Source: Phyllosticta citribraziliensis (Eukaryota). From it: 64,000 bases of DNA. The position numbers and the translations under genes are program-made. Where the stretch lies: assembly GCF_038025025.1 (NCBI RefSeq), contig NW_027117349.1:186001-250000 (forward strand). Direction: 5' to 3'. Below, piece after piece: positions 37,128-50,690 of the stretch. Numbering within the stretch: the first letter of the stretch is position 1; each line of letters begins with the position of its first letter. Below the pieces are notes generated by a model that searched no databases, had not been told where the DNA came from, and was given only the letters and a program-made list of their open reading frames with translations.

Positions 37128-38413
37128 ATGGGCATCTTCAAGCGGTTGAAACTGAATTTGGAGTCAAAGAACGTGATTTCTGCTTGGAACTATTTAATCA
37201 CAGGGGACGAAGGGGAGGACGCAGCAGATGACGGGAAGAGCGCAGCATCTGAAGGTAAGAACTTGCACCAGCCTTCAGGCCATTGGTCTCTAACGGACAT
37301 TTTCCAGAAGTACAGCCCGTGCCACCCATACCTGTCGTTACATACAAACGAGACCCAGACATTCCAATTCCAAACGAGATCACAGCATCCGTATGTCAAT
37401 TCCAAAGAGAAAAGACAGGTGTCCAATTGAGTAAAATCCTCCTCTGGATGTTGTCGTATAATGGCATGCAAGGAGATGCAAGATTTGGTTACAAACATCG
37501 TGTTGAGTCTTCAGCACTAATCAGCAAGGCTGAATTGAGAGCATGGTTTGAGGTCAGCGTTTGTCTCCAAGCCAAGAAGCCATCTGCCAAGCTTGACGGA
37601 CTTGTGAAAGCAACAAAAGAGCTAGGACTGAATTGGAAGCAAGATGTTTCATGGAGACTTCGCCGCTTGATACTTTTGTTCGATGAGAAAGGCAAATTCC
37701 CCGCTCAGGGTTTTCGAGGAGTTAATAGGAGAAAGGAACAAGTCACAAGACAGTGTATAGAGGTCTTAAGGATAGACCTCTGTGACCTCCTCAAATTTGT
37801 TCAGGCGTTGCGCCCTGAGGGAGGGGATCATGCGGCAGAACCGTGGGGTGACGTGAAAACCCGCATCTTGACGAATATCCATCGCTGCATCAGGTGAGTT
37901 AACTGAAGTATATCCTTCTTTCGCCCCCGCTTTGCTTCATATGTCTTGGTTAGACTCGATTGATCACTAACCGGGAGGAACATCCCCAGGTCGCGGGAAA
38001 AAGGCATTGAGATACCTTTCGATCTTCTCGTTTTCATCAAAGCCCAGGCGATGTGGTATTACTCGGAAGTTGGTGTCGATTTCGAGCGCAAGGCGAAAAC
38101 ACTGAAGTTCGTTGGTTTCGACCAAAGCCTCAACCAGACGGTCCGATCGCGGAGACGTGCCTCGCGCAGGCCACTCCTCGACCACAATGAGGCTCCCATG
38201 CAGCTTCAGGGTCTGGATCAAAGACGGCAACGAGTCTGGAGGGAAGAAATCTCTGCGGCTAAAAGAGCGTCCTCTTGGGTTCCTCAAACGAGTCCAACAC
38301 CACAGCAACAGGCAGACGGAGAAAGCCACATTTCCTCCAAGAAGCCTTTTATCCAGTGGGGATCGATCAACCCCCCTCCTAGAGCACATCAAGGACGACG
38401 ATGTAGCGGTTGA
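37128..38413 (+). CDS. Hypothetical protein of about 380 aa (exons 37128-37254, 37308-37893, ~37990-38413)
   Basis: Two introns with good GT-AG and CTAAC signals join three ORFs in frame. No recognisable domain. Confidence 0.5.
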
Positions 38414-39220
38414 GTCTGCAACACCTCCAGCAAACAGAGAAGCACTCCCTTGGGATCGCTACTGTCGACTCATAGCGCAGCTTCCTAAGATCGGTCTGCC
38501 ATCAATGATTCAAACTCAGTCCGTTCGGACTCGGTTTGAACGGACTCCTCTTCTTCTGTCATCAGTTTCTTCTCCTTTCCGTTGCTCATATTACCCTAGT
38601 TGTCGATACATTAATTCATGACTGAATTCACGTGAAGGAAGCTGCCCTTTGTGCTATGCGTCAAGTCTTGCTCCCGGATATGGCCATTGGCCACGGAAAT
38701 AAAGGCACACTGAAGGCCTTTCCGAGGATTAAAAACGGCTCTCATAGAGAAAGTTCGTTTTGTTTTTCGGTGGTGTCCCGAGTATCCTTCACATGCTTGC
38801 GAGGTGCCACGGTTCTGGGGCCAAGGGTCTGTTTGCATGTATGGTAGTAAGGAGCGTAGGCGAAGGGAGTTTCCACAGCTCCAGCTTTGGGACTGGTGAA
38901 AAGCTGCAGAGTATCAGGGAGAGCTTGGCCCAGGGTAGGACCAGGGACCAAGAATCGGCTCATTCGGGGGATTGAACGGTGTTCTACCTACATGGACCTT
39001 TGAGGGAATTGGAGCAGGCTGCACTTGAAGATTACAACCAATTGGCTTTGGATTTAGTCTTGATCAATAGTGTCTTCTGATCCATATCCACTGATATTTC
39101 AATGTTCTTTAATTCGCCGGATGCGCACTGCTGCGCCGTACAGTGGAGATCTGCCTCTGCTATTCCGTGACAATGCCCGGATTGCTGTCCATCCCAATCC
39201 TGGATAACGGCGCACTCGAC

Positions 39221-41704
39221 TCAGCGATAATCCAACTCATCGCCTTCAAGTGCCACGACCTCAATGTCGTCACCACCGATAGGAGCCTGTGCCTTCTTCT
39301 TATCCCGTTTCTTCTTCTTCTTTCCACCGTCGGCGTCACCCTCCCCATTCTGTCCCTCCGCCAATGCGCGTTGCCGCATCTGTTCCGCATGCCTCGCAGC
39401 CGCCTCCTCAATCTCAACTTTCTGCCTTGCTTCTTCCTCTGCCATCTCTCTCCTCAACTCTTCCGGATCGCGGAAGAACTCCTCGCCCTTGCCAGACTTT
39501 TCTTTAAATGTCTCAAAGTTCATCGGGACGACTTCGCCAATCAGTGCCCGCTTGACGCGGTCCGGATTTAGCCGTTCCTCCTTGACAAACTTGCGCTTGA
39601 CGTTTGCACGAGTCTTGCCCGGAAACATCTTGCTGATGATGAAGAAATCCGTGCCAAACATTTTGAGCGCCTCGTAGAATTGATCCGTCATTTCGTCGGT
39701 CCAGCGGTCTGCACGTATCGGACCCCACGTGGTCCTCTCACGTGGATCTTTGCGGTTTGATTTGATCCAGGACATTGAATTGACCCTCGTGGTGAGCTCA
39801 TTTTCTTCGATTTCTTGCAGCTCAGACTCATCCTCAAGTGCACGTGCATGACGATCGACTTGCGTTGAGCCGCTGTCGAGAACAAGGCGGCCATTGACGA
39901 CGCGCATGCGAGGATTTGCAGAGCCACTCTCGGCCTCGTTTGCGGCTTCTTGGATTTTCCTCATGGCCTCCTCCCGCTCGGCCTGGGTGTTAATCTCTTC
40001 TTCTCCCAAGGCTATGCGCTCACGTTCTTCAATGCGCTTCCGCTTTTCCTCGTCCCAATCAATCTTCGACAAAGCTTCCTCTCTATGTGAAAGCTTCCCC
40101 ACCTCGGAGATGTCTTTGGTCAGGACTGACATTGGCATTGAAGCAGCATTGATCCTGGTCTTTTCTGGATTTTCAGGCTCCTCTTTGTCGCGGACCAAAT
40201 GATTTTTGAGTTCGAATCGCCAGGTCGGTTCCAAATCCCCAGAATCCGCATTATTTTCGTTCTGTACCCACGCTCCCGCAGTCAACTCGTTGCCTTCGGT
40301 GTTGCTGTTGACTTCGGCACGAGTGACTTGCACTGTCGGCCTTTTCCTTTGGCGCTTCGGCCTGGGCACTGGAGCCGCTGCGCCATTGCCGCTCTCTTCC
40401 TCGGCCGATTTCTCCGTCCTTTTGGCTTTACCAGTGTCTTTGCGAGGTTTTCGAGGCTTTTTGGCCAAGGGAGCGGGGGTAGCTTCGCTTGTCGAGTTCT
40501 CAACCTCCTGGATAGCTTGAGTGCCACAACGCTGCTCTTCAACTGTCTCGACGTCGTCTTGGGATGTGGTTTTTCGTCCTCTGCGCTTCGCTGCCGCAGG
40601 ATTGGGCCCCCGCTTTGAAACTTTGGGTGGTTCTGAGAGTGTGGGCTGGCTGTCTCCTGGCGCGTCCGATTGGCTCGTGGATTGATTCAGCGATCGGTCG
40701 CTGTTCGGGGTGTCTGAATTGGCTGGTCCGCTTTCTTGGTTTTCATCGGGAGGCTGCTGGGTGGCTGAACTTCTGATGGACGGTTTCGTAGCTCCGGAGC
40801 GTGGACCTAAAATGCTCTGTATCAATTCCTTGTTTGTGACCCTAGGCACGCCTCGTTTTGATTGAGACAGTGCCTTTTCCTTGACTGGAGATCTCGAGGC
40901 TGGATCTCGAAGAGATGTTACATCGGGAGGGGAGAAGATGTTATTCGATGGAGCGGTTGGTTGCGGAGTAGGCGCAGTTGTGAGAATTCCTTGTTCAGGC
41001 CCTCTTGAGGGAGTTGTTGAACCTGTCCCAAAGGCTGAACTCCGCGCGAGGGAGCCAAGCCCCACCATCTTCGGCATCCCAATCTTCCTACGTTTCGGTG
41101 ACCTTTGAGAGTCATCACTCACGGCCTCGGTGTATTCCCCGGAAAGCTGCGACGCAATGTCGGGTATGTTTGGTGGGAGCGCAGCGGTCTTTGCATTTTC
41201 AACTGCGACGGCTCGGTCTGTGGAAGAGGTTGTATTCGATGGCGCAGCGTCAGAAGTATCATGGGATTGAGTTGGAGTGGATTCGGGAGTTGAGGACGAG
41301 GTGGACTCGGCAGATGCGATTTCTGCAGACGGCTGTGCGTCGGGCGGTTCTGACTCTGTCGCCGGGCGCTTTGACTGAGCTGGAGCTTCATTCACGGGTT
41401 TCGTAGATTTGTCGTCGTGGTGTTCTGATTGAGCGGCTGCTTGGGTCGCTGGGGGCGTCGGGAGGACATCGTGGGAATCGGATTGAGCGGACTCGACAGC
41501 TGCTGGGGTGCTTGCAGGTGTCTGGTCGGCACTGGATGTCGCTGAAGTTTGTTCAGATGCAGCAGCTGCGCCTGCTCGACGTCGGGCCTTGGGAGCAAAC
41601 TTTTTGCCCGATTTGTCTGGAGGCCAGCGTTAGCAATCGAGGCAATCCAAGCAGCAAAGGCACGGAGAGTGCGCACTGATGACGGAGCTGCCAAAGGACG
41701 CCAT
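39221..41704 (-). CDS. BDP1: TFIIIB subunit B'' (Bdp1)
   Basis: N-terminus MASFGSSVI-NKSGKKFAPKA across a short intron. SANT domain WTDEMTDQFYEALKMFGTDFFIISKMFPGKTRANVKRKFVKEER. Confidence 0.9.
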
Positions 41705-42122
41705 TGCGGCGTAGGCGATGAGAGAGCTGGCTTGGGGCGCGTGTGGCGGGGAACATGGGCGAGTCGTCAAGTAGCTGGCATGGCAAGGGCGTCGGCGTGG
41801 TGTAATGTGGTGGTGTTGAAGACGCGAAAGGGCAAAGGCAATGAAGCGTCGGCGCATGAATCGCGCGCCCAAGGAAAGGCAGTGGGGCCGCGTGTAGTGG
41901 GTGAGGTGGATCGACAAGGCGGCACGTGACGCAGTGGACCCAGAGTCCGCGCTCCTTGGACTCTTCCACCTTCACCACATCCCTCGTCTTTCTTCTGCCA
42001 TCCACCTCCACCCCGGGCTGACGATCTTCCACACATCGACGTCGCGGGCCTCAGCTCTTTTCGATCAGCCTGCGCCCCGTCTCAAGCCTTCCCTCCGCCA
42101 CCTTTGGCGCGCTGCTGCTTCC

Positions 42123-44530
42123 ATGAGGCTCGAATCACAGTCAATCTCTGGCCCGACCCTCGGCGTTGTCAAGATGGCGGAGGACCGCAAGCGACCCGCC
42201 ATGGCAGACAAGGACGATACTGCGCCTCCTGCAAAGAGGCAGGCTACACTCTCCAATGGCACCAAGGCGTTGGCTGAGCTGGACCCTCTGGTCGACCGCG
42301 ACCGCGTCTTCGAGGTTCGTAGGCTCCTCACTGCATGTGGCCACTACCGCTAAAGATCACCTCACTGACAGTGCTTGCGCTCAGGAATATACAAAGGATG
42401 CTTTGATCCGGCAGAAGAATGAATACAAGCGGAGAAAGGTTGATCTCGAAGAGCGCGTGGCGGAGCTGGAGAACCAGTCCAAGTTTCATGATGACCACCT
42501 GCGCATCATTGACCTCTGGTTCTCTCAGGTACGTCTCTCCATGGACGAATTGTTTTTGGGCTTTGCTGACAAATCCACAGCTCGTCGACGAAGTTGCCGT
42601 CCTCGCCCACGACCAACTGCCACATGCCCAATCCGAGTCCTCCGGTATGCCCAATCCACCTTCGTTTTTCGGATCTCCTTTGACGATTCTTATCTAGAAA
42701 ACACGCCCTTCCCGATTTCCCTTCTATTCTCAGACTCCGAAACCTTCCAGCGCCACCTCTCCTCAAGGACCACTGCCGTCAAAAAGGCCCTCTCTGAGTT
42801 ATTTGCCAAGATTCCTGTTGCGTCACCTGATGTCAAAGAATTGCAAGGACAGCTGTCCAAGATTCTCGCGCTTGAGAAGCAGCACGCGGCTGATCTACAT
42901 CAAGCCATCGCGGAAAAGGAGCAGTATGAGAATCGCCTACAAAATGCGACTGAGCGTTACGTTTTGGCGGAGCGCAAGTATGACCGCGAGAGGAGCAAGG
43001 CAGTCGCATTGGTTGGATTGGGTGGGGCACCTATTCCAACAACCAGTAAAGAAGATTCGAAACAAAAGGCCGATTCCCCTCCCGCTGTCAACGGTGCGAT
43101 GGACAACTCCGAGCTCGAGGCTTCGCGGAGAGAGGCAATCGCAGTGGCAAGCAAGCGCAAGGCTCAATGCGAACAGCTAGAAGCTGAAAACAAGAAACTG
43201 GTCGAGGAGGTGTCGAGTTTCAGCACGAGATTGACAGGACTCACCGATGAGGATTACGCCAAGACCGATCTCTTCAAGACCCTGAAAAACCAGCACGAGG
43301 ACGTCATTAAGCGCATCAACCACCTAGAAGCAACTAACATCCAGCTTCGAGAAGAGGCACAAAAATACCAGGCAGAGCGTTCGGCTTACCGGCTCCAAGT
43401 GGATGAAGAGATGAAGGCTGCCATTGGCGAGACGGAAGCCCAACTTGCCAAAGCGGAAGCCGACCTCGCCCGCATTCGCCACGCCAGGGACGAGCTGGTC
43501 TCGGAACTGCAGATTAAAAAGGCGACTCAAAACGACACGAAGGCATCTTCGGATCAAATAAAAGACCTAGCAAGTGCAAGGGAGCAGAGGATATCCGCGC
43601 TCGAGAACGAGGTTGAGCGTCTTCGTCTCAAGGTTGGAGAAGCTGAAGCCCCGGAAGCAAGTCAAAATCTGGAAAACATGTCGGCTGAGGAGTTGCGGGG
43701 TAAGGTTTCTTCGTTGGAGAAGGAGTACGCGCTGCTGAGCAACGAGCTGCCGTCGATGGAAGCCGCGTGGAAGAAGGCGCAAGCATTGGCTGCGAAGAAA
43801 ATCAACGAATTGATCAACTGGGAAGAACAGGTCTCGAGGCTGAGCGCCGAAAAGGCGAAAGCCGACCAGAAATATTTCGCAGCTATGAAATCCAAGGATG
43901 CCAGGGAAGCCGAGGCTAGACACTGGCGGGCGCAAGCGCAAAAGAGTTCAGACATCATTGCGCAGCTCAAGGCCATTGAAAGCTCGAACCACCAGGTCAA
44001 GGTGAACTTGGAGAAACAGCTTGCCGAGAGCGGAGAGGCCTTGAACAAACTCCAGGATCAGTGCCGAGTCCTACAGCAAAAGGCGGGCGAGAAGGCAAGC
44101 GCAACCGACAACATGCAAAATCAAATTTCGGAACTCAAGAATGCCCTCCAAGCCAAGGACAGCGCCGTTGTCGCTTCCAAGCACAATCAACGTGAACTCG
44201 AGGCCGAGGTCGAGAAGTTGAAGGTGCGGCTACAAGAGACAGAGAGGCAGCTCAACAACTGGAAGGACAAGGAAAAGCGAGACGACATGAACGAAATGTG
44301 GAGGGTAAGTGCACACGTCCTATATTCGGACTGTTAAGAGCTAATACCGAGTCCAGAACTACTCCTTGTGTCCAATCTGCCACAAGAACCTCAAGGACAC
44401 AACCATCCGAACGTGCGGCCATGTCATGTGTCGCAACTGCGTCGAGGAGCTCGTCAAGTATCGATCCCGGAAGTGCCCCGTCGACGGCAAATCCTTTTCT
44501 ACTGGCGATGTTATGAAGCTCAACATGTGA
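42123..44530 (+). CDS. BRE1: Histone H2B E3 ubiquitin ligase Bre1 (5 exons)
   Basis: MAEDRKR, YAKTDLFK, INHLEATNIQLREEA, KAKADQKYFAAMK, long coiled coil, C-terminal RING CPIC...CGHVMCRNC...CPVD. Confidence 0.92.
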
Positions 44531-45493
44531 GCTCCGGATCGAAAACCAGTCATTTCAGCACTGTATTATACCAATTCTCCCCTTTACGATTGAGAGATGC
44601 CGCGCAATCGCCCAGGCATGCGTCGCCACCGGGCATGCATCATGAATGGCGACAAAGCAGGCACGACCACATTCAAAACAACCCGAAGAAGAGGCCTTTT
44701 CTAGTCGCTTACGTCTGCACTCTGCTTTTTCAAGATTTCTTCAGCACCTGCCTGCGATGGCTGGATAGTGTACATTCCTCACTGCTCGTTTCTGTCTGAG
44801 AGTAGCCTGCGTATGCCCGGATCACGAAATTCAAGATTTCTTTTCTTTCAGCTTTGCACATTGCGCGCCTTTGCTCGCTGTGCTTGGGTCATGAGTAGGC
44901 CAGCTAGCCCTGGCCGGGGTTTTTTCCATTCTGCAAGCGTAATGGATGAGAAGGGAGTTTAGGAGCTTGTTTGCTTCTGCCGTGCTAGCATTTGCGGTAG
45001 AGAAGGAACGCTGGGGTGGCTTCAAGGCTCAAGTTCAGAGGAAGATGGCCCGGCAAAGCGACGTGTACTGATAGTTATGGGAGCCGGGTGTCGAACGAGA
45101 TGAAAACAAACCTCCAAACTGTTATCAAAATGCGTGCCAAAGGATGTGATGGCAAGCTTCTCAGCAATGTTGTCTTGTCCAGGACGTCAGAAAAGGGTAT
45201 GCGCTGAGCAACTGGATCATGACGCCCAATCGTTTCAAGATCTCGGAGATGGGCATTGGCATTTATGGCACGCGATGTGTTTTTGATGGTACGAGTCTGT
45301 ACATGTCTGGAGGCAAACTTGGCCCAAGTTTCAGCCCTACAACAGCGTCGGTGTCAGTGCGTCCCGCAGAGCCGCACCTTAAACTTGTCTGTCATCCGAG
45401 CGTCTTAATTCTCCACCGACCAACGGCCGCCACCCCTCCCTCGAGCGATCCTCCGCTGGGATTTCTTCCCTGCCTCTTCTATCATAGCACACC

Positions 45494-46565
45494 ATGGGTC
45501 GCACGAAGAAGGCAGCTCTCCACCAAGGGCGACGCGCCGGTCCAGCGAAAGAGAAGCAACCCGCAAAAAACGCACCACATCCGCAGCCACCAGCAAAGAA
45601 GCAAAAGGCCGAATCTCGAGATACTGCACACGCGAAGCCCTCCACCGCAAACACGAGCAAACCGCCTCAAAAGAAACAGCAACCAGCACCACCGCCACCG
45701 ACAATACCCTTCGACCCAAACGAGCGCATCCTGCTCATCGGCGAAGGCGACTTTTCCTTTGCTCGCTCGCTCGTTTCACACCACGGCTGCGCGGATCTTT
45801 TGGCGACATGCCACGACAGCGCATCGAAGCTGGGCGAAAAGTATCCGCAGGCGGTCGACAACGTTGCGTACATTGAGGGCGAAGGCATGCGCGTAGCGTA
45901 CGACGTGGACGCCACGAACCTGGGCAAGAACAAGGAGGTGAAGCGCGGCGGGCTGACCGAGGGGCTGGCGGGCGTCGAGGGGGGCGCGCGCAGCGACGAC
46001 GTCGCGAGGGCGAGGGGAAAGTGGGATCGCATTGTTTTCATGTTTCCGCACACGGGCGGCAAGAGTACGGATGTGAATCGACAGGTTAGGTTCAATCAAG
46101 GTGCGCATCTCCATATAGCCACAGCCTTTTCCTTTTCTCTCTCTTTCGAGTCTCGCGCGCTGACAGTCGGTCGCAGAACTGCTCGTGTCTTTCTTCCAAT
46201 CCGCGGTCCCGCTGCTGTCTCCCTCGCCCCCGTCTCCCACACCCTCGACCATCATCGTCACTCTCTTCGAAGGCGAGCCGTACACGCTGTGGAATGTTCG
46301 CGATCTGGCACGACACGTCGGACTCAAGGTGCAGCGCAGCTTTCGCTTCCAGTTCGACGCATATCCCGGGTACAAGCATGCGCGGACGCTGGGAAATATT
46401 GAGGGAGGCGGAGGGTGGAAGGGCGAGGAGAGAGCGGCGCGGACATTCATCTTTGAAGCGGGCACAGGTGGTGGAGAGAGCGGCGCAGCTCAAAAGCGTG
46501 GGAAAGGGAAAGGGGAGAAGAGGAAGCGGAAAAGTGGGGGTGACAGCGACAGCAATAGCGATTGA
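45494..46565 (+). CDS. BMT5: 25S rRNA uridine-N3 methyltransferase BMT5-like (intron about 46101-46176)
   Basis: ILLIGEGDFSFARSL, VDAT, FMFPHTGG, QVRFNQELL, VTLFEGEPY, YPGYKHARTLG. Confidence 0.88.
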
Positions 46566-46964
46566 ATGCTACTGGTCTCTAGTCGATCTGGGTTTGGAGA
46601 CATACATTTGCAGGCGTTTGGGAACAAAATTTAAGAGAACTTGCTCTGGCGTGTTTGAATGGGTTTGAACAGAGCAAATATTAAGATTCGGCGCTAGGTG
46701 TCAGGCACCAAATACACCGGCTTCAGAAGCTCGGAATTGTGGTTATATTGGGAAGAATTCCATGGGTTGGAAAGAACAACAGCAGAGGGGCAAAGACAAC
46801 ATGCAGCTGCAACTCCGAATCTTGCCCACCGAGACCATCAACTCCGCCCGGTGCAAACGATCCAATCGCCGAAATGTCCCTTGGTCGACTGCCCCTTTCC
46901 AAACGAACGCCTTCCGAAAAACACGCTGAATCCATTGAAAGAAAGACAATAACTCATCGACCAC

Positions 46965-48361
46965 TTATGAGATGAAGACCTTCTTCAGCTGCCCTTCCTC
47001 GTATATCAGGTTTGGCGCCAGTGGGTCTTTGACATAGCCCTTGGGTGTCCCCAGCTTCTGGTTCATTTCCATCAGGCGGCTACGTCCGTATATGCGACCC
47101 GTTGGCAGCACCACTGGATCGTCCTCGACGTTGCTCTTGGTATGGTGCGCATATGGTACGTTACGAGCCAGTTCATTGAGTTCTGTGCTGCAGATGGGGC
47201 ACACAGAGGTCGAAGTGCTAGTGGCGTTGGCGGAAGAAGAAGTGTACTGCGAGTGGCACGACGGGGTCTTGAGCGCGGAGAGGCCGGCCGTGAGAGCGAT
47301 GTGCAGCAGTGGGCGAGGCGGTAGAGAGTAGAGCGTATGGTGCGTCTTCATGAACAGGTCGGCAAGCTTTTGCCATCGATCAGAGGAATAGAGAGACTGT
47401 TGACGTGATTAGCAAGATGAGTTATTAAGTTGAAGGAATCAGGTATGGCGTACCCTGTACGGTTCAGCTGGTGTATCGGGAGGGAAAGCCAGGAGGCCTG
47501 CAGCGCGAATAGCGAATTGGTTATCGTGATGTGGGGCTAGGTATTTCCGCGCGTGCATTGTCGCTTCCATAAGCTTTTGGGTGTTACCGCTGCGGACCAT
47601 CTCGATGTATTGTTGCAGACGTAGCTCAAATTCAAGATTACTCTGACCTTTGCGTTAGTTTTGTAGTGCCAAAATCTTGGTTAACGTACCTCGAGTTTCT
47701 TTAAGCCCTGTTTGTTATCACCGCACCATGCCAGCGCTTCCTGACATCTGCCATTCCGAAGGCTCTCAGATATCTTCTCGCACTGGACGAAGGCGTCCAC
47801 GTCAACCAGCTCCTCGATGTCCTTCTCTTTGGCCAGCGCTTTGGCACTCTCTCCATATCCGCTCCTCAGAAGATAGTCTACCAGCAATCTATCCAGTCTG
47901 ACCTTGCTCCATTCCTCATACTTGACGTCCGCCAGACTTGGTATTCCATAAAGATCGTCGAGATGCTGGATCCGCGTTTTCGTCGCCCGCTGTATGTTCG
48001 ATTCCTCGGTGTGCAGTGTCTCGAGCTTCCTCTTGAGCCCTTGCATGCGGTTGATCATGTTGTCAAGCTGACTGAGAGTCTGAGTGGCGTCGCCGGTCTG
48101 GGACGCTGAAGCCGCGGCCGACGTGGTGTTCTTGAGCTCTTTGAGTATGTAGGTCTGTTCTCGCTCAGCGTAGCGTTGGGCCGTCTTGAAATTCTTGCGG
48201 GCTAGCTCGTATGGCATACGCAGCAGAGGTTGATCCTAGCGTTTCAGTTAGCAAAGAGGAGGGTATACTTGGAGGCGTATAGATGTCGGTGGCTGTCGGA
48301 GAGCACATACCAGTAGCAGGTGCTGCTCAGCGTTGAGCTTGGTGGACGTGAGCTCGGCCAT
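46965..48361 (-). CDS. FYV10: GID/CTLH complex subunit Fyv10 (MAEA), 4 exons
   Basis: LDQPLLRMPYE, LisH RLDRLLVDYLLRSGY, CTLH ALAWC, AGLSALKTPSC, CPICSTELN. Confidence 0.92.
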
Positions 48362-48829
48362 GTTCGAAGGATGTTGAGACCGACCGCGCGCAAGGGATAG
48401 GGGCTACCAGTGTGTTATACTGTGGTTCAGGTCATGGCTCGGAGTTGTCAGGACACAAAGGTATCCGGTGGTGAGGTGCTTTAGCGGGGGAGAGATGCGG
48501 GATGCTGATTGGCTTTGGCGGAACCGCAGGGTCATGGGTACGTCAGCATGACTCGGGTGCCATTCCCAAAAAGGAAACCAGACGCTGCTGACAGATCTAT
48601 TGTCCGCGCGTGTCGGGGACGCCATGGGAGTCTCACAGTATTTCTGTGTGTGTTCCGAAACAAGGAGGTATATTCACTGTCTTGAATTCATTTCATTTTC
48701 TAAACGTGCTCCCAATTACTTCGACGGTGCAATTACTTGGCCATGGTCGCACGCAAAGTCCCCAACGGTGATACCGACGGCTGCAACACGCCGTGTGATT
48801 CTTTTTTGTATGCCTAGAAAATGCCTCAA

Positions 48830-50303
48830 TCACGCTTTGAAAGCGGAAATGATGCTAACCACATCCTCATCCTCCACCACATGACTGAGGCCAACTCTTT
48901 GCGGCACGTGTTTGGCGCTTGCCCCCCACACCAGAGCGTGTTTGAACGACTCTTTGATGGTCCGGTGGATTTGGTCGCACACGTCTTCGATTGTGGCTCC
49001 TGAGCGCACAATCAGAGCCTCACTGAAATCGGGATCCTCTCCTTTCCTGTAGCATTGTCAGATCAAAGGGAAAAAGAACTGTAGTGTGGGGCTGACCGTT
49101 TGGTATAGACACGCATCAGTCTCAGCTCTTTCCAGCAGCGCTCGACCACGTCTTGAATGCCAAGGTCGAGCTCACAACTCATGACCACCGTGTGCGGTTC
49201 TCGCGCGAGCGTGTCGAGGAAGTCCATGCTGACACTATCAATCTTGTTGTAGACGTAGAGGCTGTCGTGCTTGTTAGATGTCGACGTTCCAGTATATCGA
49301 GAGTAGCCTACCATCTGACGTATTTCCTGTGGTCCTTCATGATAACGTCGATGAAATCATCCACAGTGACTTGGAATTGATTAGCGGATTGCTTGGTATG
49401 TTTTCTCAACACGCACCGTTTTCATCGCGGACCAGGATCTCGCAGTTGAGCATCTTGTAGTCGCGGAGAATGTTGTAGACCATCTTCTCGTCAATGTTCT
49501 TGGGTGGCGTCTGGAAGGTAATCTTCATGCCACCAGCCTTTTTCTGCTTGAGATAGATGTTTGGTGGATCTCTATTCAGCCTGATACCAACGGCTTCGAG
49601 CTCGGCTTCCAATAGCGCTCGCTGCTCGGCCCTCTTGGTAGCATCAAGCACCATGAGAATGAGGTCGCTTGTCTTGGCGGCAGAAATGACTTGCCGACCA
49701 CGACCTTTGCCTTCGGCAGCGCCCTCGATGATACCGGGCAAATCCAGGACTTGAATTTCAGCACCGCCGTACTCCAGGACGCCGGGAATTGCAGTCAATG
49801 TCGTGAAGGCATAAGATGCAACCTCACTCCTCGTCTTGGTGATTTTGGACAAGAACGTCGATTTACCGACAGACGGAAAGCCGACAAGCGCTATGCGGGC
49901 ATCTCCGCTTTTGCTGACATCGAAGCCATCACCTCCGCCGGAACCGGCACCTCCTGCTGGCTCCAAGAGTTGAGCGCGGAGACGGGCAAGCTTTCTAAAC
50001 TTGGTCAGTCTTCAAGCGCGAGCGGAATTTCCTAGGCAAAGACTGACCCCTTCAGCAGACCAAGGTGATATTCTGAGAGCTGTCAGAAATGGTTTCGCTT
50101 GGTCAAAGTTGAGGAGGCCTACCAGTAGCCTTGTTCTCTGACAGCAGTCAGCGCACACTCTCTGATGAAGAAGACTCAAAGGATGTATTTACTCTGGGTC
50201 CTCGCCATCTCCGCCTCAATTCTGTCGACAAAGTCAGCGGGCGCAGGTTCTTTCATTCGGGCACGATGCCCTACTCCTTGATCTTTTCTGTAATATTGAC
50301 CAT
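48830..50303 (-). CDS. RBG2: DRG2-family ribosome-binding GTPase, many small exons
   Basis: [67 protein letters not shown] domain. Confidence 0.93.
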
Positions 50304-50690
50304 CTTGGCGGTGGCGAGGAACAAGCTCCCTCAAACCAGTATTCTAGCGACAGCGATGGTGCAGTTGGAGCAGAAGACGCTCGTGGTTTGTCCAAGTCGC
50401 GGGTTTGCTGTCACTGCCGGCATGGTTGAGACCGCTGCGTATTGACTAGGCCTTAATGGGCTGGAGCGTACTTACTAATAATGGACTTGTACACTGCCGA
50501 TGCGCTACAACAATCTTACGTCATGTGGACCCGGGTACTTCAGGTTATCCATCCATGCCCTGCTCACAGCAGCTCGCCGCCGGGCCGTGCGTGCCGCTGG
50601 TGGACTGTTTCTTCCTCCAAGTCTCAAAAACCCACCGCCACCACTCGCCATGGCTGCAGCCTTCATTTTTCCCTACGTGTTGTGGCCATC

